The translations under genes and the position numbers were made by a program. The notes beneath the pieces are model-generated. The model saw only the letters and a list, made by a program, of their open reading frames with translations, made no database searches and was not told the origin of the DNA. A stretch of DNA of 64,000 bases from Lingula anatina (lineage: Eukaryota > Animalia > Brachiopoda), in contig CM120640.1 in NCBI GenBank assembly GCA_051362555.1, forward strand, positions 34,987,967 through 35,051,966, written 5' to 3'. The first letter of the stretch is position 1; each line of letters starts with the position of its first letter. Of the stretch, positions 13,314 through 27,670 are shown piece by piece.

Positions 13314-16300
13314 TGTGATAAAATTGGTAGACGCAAAATTTCCTGAATTAAATCCTTCTCATCTATAAATACGTGTTTATATGTATCCACGGAAAATACT
13401 GAGCGCATTTTATGTTAACTCTCTTTCGTCTGATGTTTTCCAATTTTCCGCAATTCATGCGCTTTATAATATGATGACCTGATAATTATATCATCCGTTT
13501 ACTAATGCGGGCATAATAACATATGCTATTCTATCCACAGCTATTTTTAACAAAATGTACCCATGGTTTTAGATTATTGGGCAAATCCTTGTCATCTGTG
13601 AACGTCCAAACTATTTCGAACTACATGGATATCCTGACCGTCTTTAGGGATAACCAGAAAACAAAGATCGCGCAAACGGTTGCAAATCTAAGGGCATCGA
13701 AAAGCGGGTTGGGGTGCAATAGCACGACACGGAGAAGGTAATAATTGTGGAGAGTATATTTAGCGGTTTGATTGAAGAAAAAAAAAACAATTGTCTTACA
13801 AGAGGCAAGCAATTGATTGCATAATCAAGCCTTGGCAGTAAGATGTTTGGAGAATTATTGATTATTTCCTCAAAAATAAAAAAAAAATTAAAAAATAGGG
13901 GTGAAATTGGTGTGTAGCTGAGGCATGTCTACGCACACCTTATATATAGTGAAATGCTCGAGGAAAAAATATTTGGATCATTCTTAAGTGCATATTGTCT
14001 TGTGAGTTTTCCTCAAATGGCGATTGTGCCTTGTTGTGGTTCAGAAATATCATGCTAAGGGGGACTGAGAAGAAAAGATATTCAAAGTTGAATCTTATGA
14101 CGTACAGTGCACACAATCGTATGAAAAGCTTTCACGAATTTCTTGCCAGAGAACGCTTTGAAATAAATGAAAATGCAGAATGCACTTTGGAGAGCTCGTA
14201 GAATAGACAGCAAACTATAAGGGTTTGTGAAGTTCGGTTGGGTATTTAAGACCAGAAAAGCAAACAGAAGGTGGGTGAAATAGAAAGAATATAACAAAGA
14301 GTTGAAAAAAGTAGGGCTAGAGGTGGAAAACTGTTTGAACACAAACCAATAAGAAGTACCGCTTGCTTAACTGAGGCAGCTGGCGCATTTGGTACGTTTC
14401 TAATTTGTTCTGTAAATAATGAGTTTACTTTTATACAACAAAACACCATATACTTTCTTCGAATGAAAAAAATGTATATCAAAATACAGGCATAATTCAA
14501 ATAGACATATGAGCAAGAGCGCTTAAATATTAAAAATTAAACCAAAAAGAAAAAAGAAAGAAAAACTTGCAAAAAATAAACGTCTAATTATATCAATTTT
14601 TTTTAGAAAAAAACTGGAAGCATAATAGAAAACATTAAGAACAGAAAACTTTGATGAAAAAAGCCCCGCAAAATTAATTACACTTATCAACTATTACTTT
14701 CATAGACTTACCGCGCTATTAAGACGCCAATTCACCGACCCGTTGATTTTATCCGCCATTCGCGCCTCCCTCTGTAAGAGCACATTGACCAAGGCGTACT
14801 CCAACATAGAACTGACAACAAACAAGAGACACGACGCAAGCCAGACATCAACTGCTTTAATATAAGACACCCTGGGAAGACGCTCCTGGAGGCTGACGCT
14901 CTGTGTGGTGATGGTTAGGACGGTGATTAAGCCAATGGACACGCGGGCTGGGGCGGCACTTGGGTCTATGAGAAAGTTAAGGAAGGACAAGATCACGACT
15001 ACAATTGTTGGAGCGTAGATGTTCAGTAGGTAGAAGCGTATGTCTCGGCGCATGCGGAACTCGGCGTATATACACGTGTATTCTCCTGAAAAGAGAGAAG
15101 TACAAAATATCGAGTCAGAGTTGGTGAGAGTAGAGGATTATCTAGTGCATTTGAAATAAAAACACCAGTTTTTTAATTTAAAATACCCTCTGTTAATGAA
15201 AAAGAAGGAACGTCTAATTCATAACACTGACTTATTAACTGACACTTTCGAATTACGAAAATCAGAGTATTTTGCGTTAAAAAAGCTAAGCCGACATTTT
15301 TCTCTAACCTACAATGGCTACAAATAAATGGTTTGACTACTGTGTTTATAACACACCCAAACGCAATTGAAAAGTACAACAAACGCACTCAGTACCTGTG
15401 GCGGTCCGTGTGGTGCAATTATTGGGCGTTGCATGTTCTAGGTTAAATTCTGGCAAATAGAGGCTCTTTTTTATCTGTACTGGATTATCACTCCATACGA
15501 ATATTATGTCATCAGTTGTGTAAGCGTCTGGAAATGAGAGTTTTAAATGAAAACGTTCAATCATTCTTTGACAGAAATCGAAAGGCCCAGGAGGCCTGCA
15601 AGTTTTTTATCTTTATTAGCTTATTGCAGTCTCAGAAACCTGTGCACAAAGATTTGCAAAAAATACAATTAGCTTACAGTCTAAAATAAAAAAAAATGTG
15701 ATATATTGAAAATAGCACTGCGAGAAGAGGGGGGGCGTATCTTTGAAATACTGTAGAAACACCGCATTAGCTGAATTTCATAACTGATGCAAAAAGCGGT
15801 CCAGAATTGTTTGAAACACTCATTTTGTCAAGTTACGTTTCAAAATGCCGATAAATAGGCAGTCGCAATCAAGAATATGAAAAAGCCAATCCGGCTTTAC
15901 GAAAATGACTTATTGACGTGACATTTCAATTTCCAGTGAATATTTTTTCAGTGCATACTTACAACTGTGCATCTCAATTCGGCATGTCTGGATGTCCATT
16001 GGGAAGTTCCCGAAATCGTACAAACAATCTAGCTTTGCAGATAACCTAAATTGAAAAAAAAATTAATCGAATGACATATTATTCTTTAGACAAGGCGTCA
16101 GTTTCAGTATGTACATTACAAATAGAAAAAGCCCAAAATATTTCAAATATACTTTTGATATTGAGCACCATTTTGTCATTTTTGTTCACATGGTGCGACT
16201 TTATGTGCACAGTGCATGTCACATCTCACATGTGTAAGTCTTCAATTCATGACCATGAAAGGCCATGGCAGAGTAGCATGATGTTACATGTTGTATTTAT

Positions 16301-19106
16301 GGCAGATTGACATGACTTTAGTGTCAGAGTGACATGACATAAGTCTTTACATTTTGACGAAAGTTATTTTTATGGAATAGTAGTAATGTTTAGCGCTGCA
16401 GGCCTACTCTTCAACTAACAAAACGTGTTTTCGCTACACCTCCCTCTGTATCTTCAATAATAAAGGTTTTCTGATCTGTGCAACCTCCTTATTTATCACT
16501 TTTCGGCGAGTTTATGCAATTACAGAACAGACTAACAACTCCAAATGTCAACCAACTCCATCATATTGATTTATAACTTCCAGTGTTGTCTGCCCCGAAA
16601 TGTGTTAACGCCGGCGTTATTTACGATCTACAGAAGACCAGAGCCTAATCAACGGTGGTGGTTGTTTGAGAATTACCACAGGATACCATGCAATATTTAT
16701 GTTGTATTTTGTACTTGTCACACAGGACTGACGTAATGACGAAGAGCATCTCGGCGAACAAAAATAATCTTGGATTGCTGTAGGCCATTAATCAAAAAGC
16801 TCAGGTTGTTCTCTGATAGTTTGTATTGTAAAACGATATCAGCCGATTCACCATAGCAACAACAGATCAATGCAGAGTTTTGTGACTAAGGAGCATTTTG
16901 TGGCTTTAATTTTTCATGTTAAAAACTGCGTGAGCTCGATATGTGTTAAAAACAGATATCAAGTTCTGAGACCACGGGGTGCTCAGTGATTAAAAAGAAG
17001 GCATGCGGGGATCTAGAGCTCTCGCACAAAGATCTTAAACCGCTTCCACCTAGAAAATGAGTTTGTATGTATATCTTCGGAAACAGGAGATCTAGAAATA
17101 TGAATATATAACATAGATATGTTTCGTAGATGTGATCAAAATCCGTTTCGATTAGACCCTTTCCGCTAGTAAGTTGTCTACTTTCCGTCACGACTGATCG
17201 GGAAGAAATTAAAGGTAAACTTAGGACACAATAAACGCTTTAATCCGCTTTATTCATTAGGTTGTCATTTTGGCCATCCGTTAGACTTCGATTAATACCT
17301 GGTTTAGAAACAAAAGCTTTCAACGCGTAAGGAAATACGTTTGATTTTGCGTCGAAAAATAAAACAACATGGTATTAAGTGGTGCATCATGATGCGTATC
17401 AACAACATTCACTGGTTATGAAAACTGTTACCGCAATATTTTTATTTAGGACACTGTTTGGATTCAGAAAATGGAACACTGTCAGGCATTTGTGACAAAT
17501 AATCAATGGCGTAATACTGGATGAAACAAATCGTGAAGACATCAAAGAGACAGAACATAAATGGAAATCAGGGCATATTACTCACATGCATGTTGTAGTG
17601 TTTAAAGATAAGAACATTTCTCTTTCCAAAACGTGTTGGTCTTTTTAGCTAGTTATTAACGATGGAATAAAGCCCGAAAAAAGCGGGACTCGATAGTCTT
17701 CATGAGTCGAAATAATGTAAAGCGTAATTGTCCATGGGTAATAGTGTTTCCTGTGAAGTTTTTTTTTCTGATTATGATCCACGTCCCAATAGGTCCACAA
17801 ACAAAGTCACCTTAGTTGCCACTTGTGCAACCATTACCCTCTAGCAGGGTGGCACATGTCATAGACAAATTTCAAAAAGCCAGAGAATCGAATGACTGTC
17901 TATTTATCTAAATATATATCTGTGAATATCTAGTGAAAAATCAATATGTCGTCCTGGTAGAGGGTACGCAAATATCCAAGTTGATCGCACTTTTTATAAT
18001 GTTATGTGATCGAGTAAAGGGATTTATTCAAGAGATTAATGCAATTATTTAGCAAGGTCATTTAGCAAGGTTGTAAACCCTTATCCCAAATTTAAAGAAT
18101 GCATAATATGCAAAATAAACATTTATCAGGTTCGCTTTTCTTTCTTTTTTTTTCCAGTATGTATATAGACAAAAAGAATACCACTTTGGTTATAAGACCC
18201 AATAAGGAGAGGTCCAAAGGTCTAGGATCTTTGTTAGGAAAAAAAGCCGTTTCATTTTTTATATACACACCTTTGGGAATATAGGACACTGCCATCTTGG
18301 CCAATTCTTAACAGGACATTTGGCGTCGTGATGTCGTGTCTCCAGGACTGCTTTTCGTTCGAGAAGAATAAATCCGGGACCCACAGGTCCGCCAGGGCCT
18401 TGTCTGACAGAGTGATACCGGCATCGTGACCGTGGACGCTAGCATTCAGAGCAAGACGGGGGTCATTCCACATCTGGCGCAAATAAAGGTTGACTGAAAA
18501 ATCCTGAAGAAAAAGATTGAAGTTTGTTATCGAATACATAAATATGCTGAAGAATGAATATCAAGATATTTGATTAAACGGATACCTTTTTTGCGAAGTT
18601 GAAATGAATTTATATTCCGATAATACTTCGATTGTACAAAACGTTATTACCTCAGTCCACTCACACACGCACATATACAGATTTTAATTAAAATGACATT
18701 AAAATGTCAATCGTTCTTTCTATAAAAATGTGAATCACCTCACCTTTTGACATTTTTGACTATGGACCCGTGTAAAATTATCATGCAATGTACTTAGCTA
18801 ATTCTATTTTAAGTTCTCCTTTAATTCAAAATATATATTTAAAATCGATAAAGAGGTACATGTATTCAGTGCATGTGTTATTTTGCTCGAAAGTTAAAAT
18901 CCAGCCGGTTGTGACTATCTCTACAAAAAATCACAGACGCAGTATGTCACGCTTAGATGACGAAAGAGATAACCAAAGCGTTACATTATCTTTGAAGCGC
19001 GATAGATCCAGGGTTGAATTAAAGGTCGTATGGCTAAAAGTCTTGTGCGAAACCCGCGATGCCCTTCAAGCCCCTTCGAGTCTGTCTGTGCGTGCGCGCG
19101 CGCGTT

Positions 19107-19156
<50 letters not shown>

Positions 19157-22100
19157 GGTGTGTGTGTGTGAGAGAGAGCTAGAGAGAGAGGGGGGCTTTT
19201 AAAATGAGAGAATATAATATCGTGATTTAGTATGTTCATGCGTAAACTGCTGCAACAACATGTGAAGTGCATGTACCTATAGCCTATGTATGACCACTGG
19301 GAGAAATGTCTGTGCGCATGGACAAAATTACGATTTTAATTCGTTTTTATGTCAAAGCTGTGCGTAACAAGAGCTCAAGCCATTTAACCCTCTAACCTAT
19401 GTCTAAAAAACATGTGATCCGGCCATCTCAAAAAGTCTACTTGGCTGCAATGAAGTATTACACTCACCATGTTAGCGGAGTTAAACTCACTAAATGAGTT
19501 GATCGCCAGATTAACTCTCACGATAGTAGGGGTGCCTGCAAAAAAGCAATATAAGATTATTTTGTGGGAATGTTATCAGTAGGCTTTGTAGGGAACAGAA
19601 AGTATGTGCATGTTTTTCTTTTGATTGTTTGTTTGTTTGTTTGTATTTTGAGGCGTTCAAATCGGTAAAAAGAGTCTATGAACGGCGATTATTTAGAGTT
19701 TAACAGTAGGGCCAGAATTATGGCTTAAATTGCGCATCAAGTTTCTTCCCTTTCATGTGTGTGTGTGTGTGTGTGTGTGTTCCACCCCCTCCCCCTTTCA
19801 CTTTGTTGAAATTGAATGGATGTACATCACTATTGATTAAGCCAACCCATGTAATAGACGTTTTATCAGCCAGGAAACGCGAAATCCACCAAGACAGATA
19901 TTAATGATTTTCAAACGTCAGTCAGTTTCACTTAATTCAGTAGACCTATATTTGGAAACTATCAGCTTATACAATCACAAGCAAGAAAATCTCAGAACTA
20001 AATCTCAGTTCGCTTAAGAACACTTTAGAATTGAATTTATCGTGACTGGCGATGTGGAGAATGATTGTTAGGCAGGTTTCTCACCTCGGACGTTATTGAT
20101 GTAAAAAGCTAACTCGGTTTATTTAGAAAAAGATAATTATATTTATGCGTATACCGGACATCACACGGTGGCAAGTCTTCGGAGAGATATACCTCACATG
20201 CACGGGCCGATAGTAAATAAGCGAAATCACATCTAAACGAATGTAAACAGGATGTCGTGAGGATTAGGCAAAAGTCCTGGTATTAATTTACGATCCCTCT
20301 GTGTCAGTAACTGCCGCAAAAATTGCTATATATATTCCGCTAATAAGCCCACATAACCTGAACAATGATAAAATAAAGCACTGTGCTCTTTTTCTTCTTT
20401 CTATGGACAGAATCAGTGAATAAACCATTAAGGCGCATGGCAACAAATACCAATCCGAACCCTCAAGTTCAAGCTGGACAATCAAGACTTGCAAGACAAA
20501 TAACCAAAATATCATTAGAACTAAATCAATTGTTATTTTGGATAGCATTACACACTTGTACACGTAGATGTATAAATAATATATCTGACAAATGCTTTAT
20601 AACTACTTCAATTAAGGACAGTTCACTCAGTTAATCATACACAGTTTGAGAGATAAATCAAACAAGTGTTTGAAAATATAGAGTACATATGGAGTATATG
20701 CCCGCTCACAGATAAAAGATTAATGGATTGCTACCTCTACTGAATTATGAAACTCCACTTTATGTATGGATACCGCTCGATTAGGTTACAGATCTAAGAA
20801 AGCTAGAGAAAAAACTTTACACCAGTGAAATATACCCAGTAACGCACAGTGTTATATTTGTTATAACGACGGGGAGTGGGTTGGAGAGAGGGGTGTCATA
20901 AGTTTAGTACATTGTTATAGTGCATTTAATGCTATTCGGAATTAAAACTCAAAGTGCATTTTATAACTGAAAGGTATGTGAGAAGTAGCAGGGAGATGGA
21001 CAAAAGAGTTGCAGTGTGTTTATACACTGGCAAGCTTTTAACTCTTAGGAACTATGTGTATGAGGTCAAGGTGTTCTCAAACAAGGTGTTCTCACTACCA
21101 TATCGTAAACAGAAATTAAAGACAAAACTGAAAGTGCAGTCAATTTCAATTCATTTTTGCGCGACAAAATAAAAATACGTTCCGTGTAGATTCCCCCCCT
21201 CCCCTTCCACACAGACATAGACACATATGAAGAAAATATACACATACAAGCGTGCACACGCATGCACATGCACATGCACGCACACTCACCCTGTCTAAGG
21301 TGTGGTCGAATCCTGCTGTCATACCCTTCAACGACTGTCATTTGTTCTACAAGGGCCTGGTGAGCGATTTCATAGGAGGATCTGTGGAAGAAGAATTTAT
21401 TGTGAAGACAATTGGTTTTTAACCGATAATTTATGAAAACTGGAATAAGTGATGGAGACGCGCAAAAATAAATTAATGCATGGACGAATTTTAGCTTGCC
21501 TTGAAATTAAGGTTATTGGGACTAGCTTTGTAAGGAATAATCGTTAAGACAGAACCTCACGCAAAGGCAAGCACCAGTGTATAGAGGTAGCTTTAATCTT
21601 TTTTGAAAAGATGGTTGGAAGTGAACTCTGTTTTTCTTTGTCTATATATATATGTATATATATTATTGGGGGGAGGAAAATCAAAGAACTTGTACTGTTA
21701 AATATGGCGCAAAAGCCATCCAAGTTACACTTCTTTTCTCAGCATATATTGAATGGGTGCAAATGCTATAGCTGGCACAGACATTTTCAGAAGAATCCAT
21801 TCAGGATGGGTTCGGCTGTATTGCAGGCCGCCTTGTGACCTAAGGCTACAGACCCTCGTTAGGTTGACTGCTTACTGCTTACAGCGTTTAGCTTTGATTT
21901 ACCTGGAATTACCTTGCTCAATCAAAATGTCTACTTATATTAGAAGTGTCCCATCCTTTACAAACTCTCTTTCCACGAAAATTGTTTGTGAAGGCTATAA
22001 ATAATGGAGGTTCTTACTCTGTACGAGGGACGGAAAGGAATTTGTTTCTTGTATCGATGAAAAAACTACTGACGGGGAGGATGGCAGCGTTTTGAAACAA

Positions 22101-23263
22101 ATAAATTTCAATCACTTTTTTTGTAAATGTAAGTTATTAAGACAAGATGACCCGGCTGCACCGAGAAATTATATTCGAGTGCCTCTGAAAGTATGAAGGC
22201 GTAAGCTAGGAGATGAGCAAGGAGATGAGCAAGTAAGGCCTCGAATAACTAGAAAAGGTTATCTGAAAAATTCAGATACCGATAAGGATTTTAAATGCTG
22301 ATGAACCCGGCGTTAATTTCTTATCAAAATAGCATTTTCTCTGAACTTTCATAACTGGCAACACGTGTTCTGAGGCGCATGACTTACGGAGTAAAGATAG
22401 ACCATAATTCTGTAAGCTCAAAATTCCCTGTTCTCGTAGAGGGTAGTAGATACATTTAAGCTTGGACATAATATTCGTTATTATGTCCAAGATTTAAGAG
22501 ATAATGGGTAACTCAGATTTAATGAAAAAATTGTCGCCAATTTGATGTCGATGTTAGAGTAGAAAGAAGAGTGTTGATTAAATTGATGCTTTTCTAAATA
22601 GGAGATGATATGATTTTTCTGTTCTTTTTATTCATTAGTTTATTTATTTTTCTGTTTACTTATCTTCATCTTTGTTGTAAGAGATACGAGCTAGACTAAG
22701 TTACCACGACGATTTTTTTAAAATTTATTAAAATTGAAATAACTACGAGAAAAGAACTAGGCAAAACTAGAAGGCGGTTTCTTCTATAAGGTGAAGAGGC
22801 AAAGCAAAAGTTAGATATAAAGCCAGCACAATCATTCAGACCAACCTTTACAATTTACCTGTCCAAAGATATGGGCATCTAATTAATTTTGTATCCAAAA
22901 TATGTAGCACTCTGTTTATTTGATTGACCTTTACAAGGAAAACATTTATATTTCCTTTGAATTAGATAATGTTTATATTGAGTGTACGTGTTGTCATATA
23001 GGAGTGTCCGGTTGCAAAACACACTAGAAAGTACTCCACACACTAAATCTGTTAATCTAATATAGTTTGAAATCTTCTTGGAAGGGGAATTTATTGTAAT
23101 ATAAACATTTAAAGTACTTCGGCAGCAATTATTTTATATGCGTGAAAAGTACGTAGCAAATAAGATAAAATGTTCCTTTCACAGAAAAAGCTATGAGTAT
23201 TTACGTTCGAGATTGTGAGGAAGAAAAAGCAGGAAGAACTGACGAGCGCTTGTACATGTATGC

Positions 23264-23332
<69 letters not shown>

Positions 23333-23995
23333 AAATGGGCAGATAAAAACGATTGGTGCAGATAAATGTGGCTCTTTTTCACCATCCCAAGCAGTTCACT
23401 TTTCTACAAATGTCACCATATTGTGAGATGCATTCACCAGGCTACATAAAAAATCATTAGTACAGTTCTTATGAAATATACTTCTTCAATGGCAATTTCG
23501 AAAATCAGTCAAGAAAAATAACTTCCCTTCACCCCCCCTCCCCCATCCCTGCCTCTTTTCCTAAAAACGAACTGTTCTCCGAAATTCTGTTTCGCAGGCG
23601 CCTCATACATGTATATTCACATCTTGTCAAGCCCACATGAAATCAAGTATGTATTAATTGTTCAATATATATATACATCTATAACCATGAGTATATGGCA
23701 TATAACTCTAAATATACCTCCTGCATTAATTTCTCATTAAGTGCACGCTCGAAGGAGTGATAAGTTAAATCTCTTAGAATTGTATACGTGAACGCCAAGT
23801 AGGCCTAAAGATGCCCAGAAATTTAAAAGGCGTACGCTGCATAAGAAAAACGATACAAACCCCGGTTACAGTAGAGAAGTAGTGACAAACAACAAATACA
23901 TGGACTTACTTGTTGAGGTGGCTTTGACCACTCGAGGTCACTTTGTCCGCCATGAAAATCAGCACTACTAGGTTTACAACTAGCGATTTTCTCAT
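12958..23995 (-). CDS. Cys-loop ligand-gated chloride channel subunit, paralog 2 (GlyR/GluCl-like), 8 coding exons, ~451 aa
   Basis: Exons: 23995-23910 (MRKSLVVNLVVLIFMADKVTS), 21381-21290 (YDSRIRP), 19535-19468, 18503-18271 (WVPDLFFSNEK), 16045-15963 (CLYDFGNFPMDIQTC), 15527-15396, 15085-14712 (PARVSIGLITVLTITTQ), 13245-12958 (M4). Sum 1356 nt, open frame, same intron phases as paralog 1. Exon 1 is slightly less certain. Confidence 0.92.
13261..13312. repeat. (TAA)n microsatellite, 14 nt from the last acceptor of channel 2
   Basis: Direct reading. Confidence 0.95.
19106..19190. repeat. Compound (GT)n(GA)n microsatellite
   Basis: Direct reading. Confidence 0.92.
23263..23328. repeat. Poly(A) + (TA)n microsatellite
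   Basis: Direct reading. Confidence 0.92.
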
Positions 23996-25370
23996 TCTTG
24001 CTGGGATTTCTAGATTCTAAAAATCCACTCGACACCTGTAGCACGTAGCATCAGATAAGTGATGTGACCGGGCGTTGGAGGTGTACGTTCACACTCGTCT
24101 TTGACTTATCGGAGTCAAATCTGTATCTCTGTATATGTGCGTACAAATGTGCGATTTAATCACGGCTCGCACGTTCTGTGGTGGCCGGTGCTGTTGAATG
24201 AATGGCGTTATTTATTTTGCCTGCCTTGTGGTTCTGAAGGATATCGATTAAGCCCGCTGACGATTTATTTTGTGAAGCTCTGATTGGTTATAGTTGGTCA
24301 CATTGGCCGGTAAATCCTTATCGTGACGTCAGAAGATGAAGAACAGCGGATAGATGAATATCATACATGATCCCGTAGTCAATTTCGGAATGCCAAGAAG
24401 CCGAAGACGTCGGACGTTTTATCAGATTTAAGACTTCCGAGGTTAATTGGATTGGTGAAATGCAGAAAAGCAGACCTAAATGGAATTTACTTCCCAGTAG
24501 TTAGCTTTTAATCCCGTGACACGCCCTTGTGGAATAACTTGGATCACGGCATTGATATTTTACAAATTATCTCCAAGGTGCTCAAAGAAAATCTAGTAGA
24601 TGGTTTTTTTCATTTTGAAATGTGAAATACGTTCAAGCTCTGAGCCTCTAAAAACACTAACGCATTAACCTTTATAAAAAGGAAAGATTTAGGACTTCAT
24701 TCGCATTTGGAAACTCCATAACTACAGAAGGAAATGCATTGTACATATACAGATGACATTTCGAAAAAAAAAAAGAAGCAGAACAGAGAAATCTAATCAG
24801 CGACAAAAGTGCTTATAGCCTAGGTTTATATGTGCCAGTTCAAAAAGGCGAAATCCTGATCAAGTGTTTTATTTATTACTTGATATCGGAAATGTGAACA
24901 CTGCATGTATATGTAATAACGCACGGCATTAAATCATTCTGTCCATGCTGGAAAACCTTTTTTTGATTTATAGCTGATGGGCAATCAACTTTTACACGAG
25001 GTTTACAAGAGTTCATAATAGTTTACCTGTTGATGTGTCTGAAAGTAATTTTCAACATTTAAATTAAATTACGTTTCTCTACTGTGTTCACATAATAAAC
25101 CAGTGTTTTAGTTGTTTTAAGGAAAATTGAACTTTTTTGAATCAGCACGGGGATTTTCGGTTATCAGTTGGACGTTTAGCTAGTTCTCTCTAAGGATGAC
25201 ATGAAGATAAATGGCGAGAACTCAACTAATGCACGAAGATTTGAAATTGCTGATTGACACTATCTCCTACTACTCAGTGTTAACCACTGTCACCTTTATT
25301 TATTACCTCCGGTAAAATAATTTCTGTATCAAAAACACCTTGTGTTAGCATATCTAACTTTATGTAACAC

Positions 25371-25372
<2 letters not shown>

Positions 25373-25437
<65 letters not shown>
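25373..25437. repeat. (TA)n microsatellite
   Basis: Direct reading. Confidence 0.95.
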
Positions 25438-25439
<2 letters not shown>

Positions 25440-25917
25440 GTTCATACCGTAAATGTACGCCACCAGCCTATATTACATTACAGAAACATGAGTCAAGACC
25501 TTCTATATATCCCTTAGCTTGAAGCACTCATACACATACATAGACAAGCCTGTTAAGAGACAAGACGTTCTGAGCCGTGATAAGGCATCTCTAATCTTCC
25601 ACGATGTAATCACAGTTAAATATCGCTCCACATTTAACATAGTTTTATACTCACTGCAGCTACTCAGCTTACTATTGCCCTGAACGTCAGCGGGCCACTG
25701 TTGACAACGCAGTGTCCTTCAACCGTTGAGTATACTCGCTTAAAAAGTCAAAAAGTTTTCATTTATGATAGATCCAGTTATTTGATTTACCTGTTGACAG
25801 TTTCGTCTGTTCACATTGACAGTCTTGGTCACAACTGAATTACCTGTTCAGGTGAAGGTGAACAGGTAATTACTTCAGTCTTGATGATAACTTGTTAGTC
25901 CCTCTTCAAGATGTCCA

Positions 25918-26180
25918 TTATTACCTCCGCCAAGGAGGTTATGTTTTCACCCCTGTTTGCCTGTCTGTCTGTCTTTCTGTCTGTCTGTCATCAACATAAC
26001 TCAAAAAGTTATGGACCGATTTTGATGAAATTTTTAGGAACTGTCAGAAGTGGGCCGAGAAACAGATGATTAGTTTTTGGTGGTTATCCGGATCAATAAT
26101 CAATCAATAATGAATAATTAAAAATATCGAAAATTTAGGGGTGAAACGTACTATATCCACTGCTTGGGCATTCTTGTGTT
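25918..26180 (+). mobile_element. Helentron-associated non-autonomous element (HINE/DINE-1-like)
   Basis: Starts TTATTACCTCCGCCAAGGAGGTTATGTTTTCACCCC, then a (GTCT)n microsatellite and ATAACTCAAAAAGTTATGGACCGATTTTGATGAAATT. The inverted GGGGTGAAAC lies near the 3' end. The right boundary is approximate. Confidence 0.7.
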
Positions 26181-27498
26181 AACCAGTCACGGCACATTGG
26201 AGTTGTTCCTGTGCAATACTGCTACCTGTTTCATATTTGACAAAACTGCTCTCGGGCCGTTTTTTGTTCACCTGGACACAAGAAAAATCGGTATTAGTGT
26301 GTTTATTGAAACGCATATGGCATTTTTTAAATTTTAATTATACCATATTTTGGGTTCAAACGATTCAGACCATGTGTGGAGATATACCTGTTCTGTGGAA
26401 CTGCCTCAGATGACTAAACAAGCGCTGGCTCTTTAATAGTATATACTTGTATAGCAGTAGGTCTAGCGAAACTCGCCTTGTTAAAGAAGCTACATTTAGC
26501 TCAGTAATCACTCACCAGCCTAAGTAGTCAGTCTAACCCTCAAAACAAAACTTACATCACGGTTTATCTTATCCGCAGTTTCGTTACACGCAATCAAGCC
26601 AAATCAATACTTTCGCATTCTTGGTATCTGAAACAGATTTGTGAGTCTGCAGTGTAATACCAGAAGAACATACGACAAATTGAGGGCTTACTAGTGCTTA
26701 TGTTTGACTCGTCAATGTTGGCTCTTGTGGTGATCTGGGGGATTTGGTGCGGTCAGTCAATCAGAGCTGGTCAATCAGAAGGCCATGACATCGGTCCAAA
26801 TGGTATTATGAACATGTAGCAGGAGTTTGATTGTTGCCAAAAGGCCAAATTCGTGTATTTGCACTCATTAACCTTATGGCATTGGCGGTTATGAAGTGAA
26901 AAAGTTTTTTTTTTAATTTTAAGCAAGCATGTTAACTTCATATTGATTGTAAAGCAACTTTTATAGGCAATTCGAGGATTCACTGAACATACTTCAGCTT
27001 GAATAACTATTAACTTGGAATCTTTTCAAAACAAGGATAATCAGAAAAAAAATATACAGTTATGAGTAAATCTGGGCCGTAAGTGCATCATACTCGTAAC
27101 TGCCCCCTTTCCTAAAAATATAATAATATAGCGTCTTTGCAATTTCAATTTCGGATAAAAAATGAAATGTATGTTTAAGAAAGATTAAAATGGTTTAGTG
27201 ACTAGAAATTGCAGCAGTTGTTCCCAGCAATTTCCTTATGACACAATCATTTGGCGTCAACCAATCTCAACAAAAGCAATCGTGAAGATAACTCCCCCCT
27301 CCCCCCCCCCCCCCCCCACACACACATAGAACCCCTCTTTCAAACGTATATGCATACATGTATGCAATTCTGACCCAGACTATTGCATGTTATATAATAA
27401 AGAAAAAAATATATTTGAAAAAAGCTTTAGAGAAGAATGTACGTGTCAAAATCGAGTGAAGTGTCCTTATTTATCTTACCTAGTAGACACGCCTCCTC

Positions 27499-27670
27499 CC
27501 GGTGTCAGGAAACTGAGGGTCCGTGTGACAGAAAGTCCGCTCTGCATATAGTTATGATGGTTAGGGTTAGTCTGACCTAAGTGGGTCAAAATCTAGGGTA
27601 AGGCTCACCTGTGCAAAGTAATGGGAAACGGACTCTCTGCCACGGGGGACTTTTTGGTACATGACACCGG
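27499..27670. mobile_element. MITE with CCGGTGTCA TIRs
   Basis: CCGGTGTCA ... TGACACCGG, with subterminal inverted GTCCG/CGGAC motifs and internal GGTTAG repeats. Confidence 0.6.
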
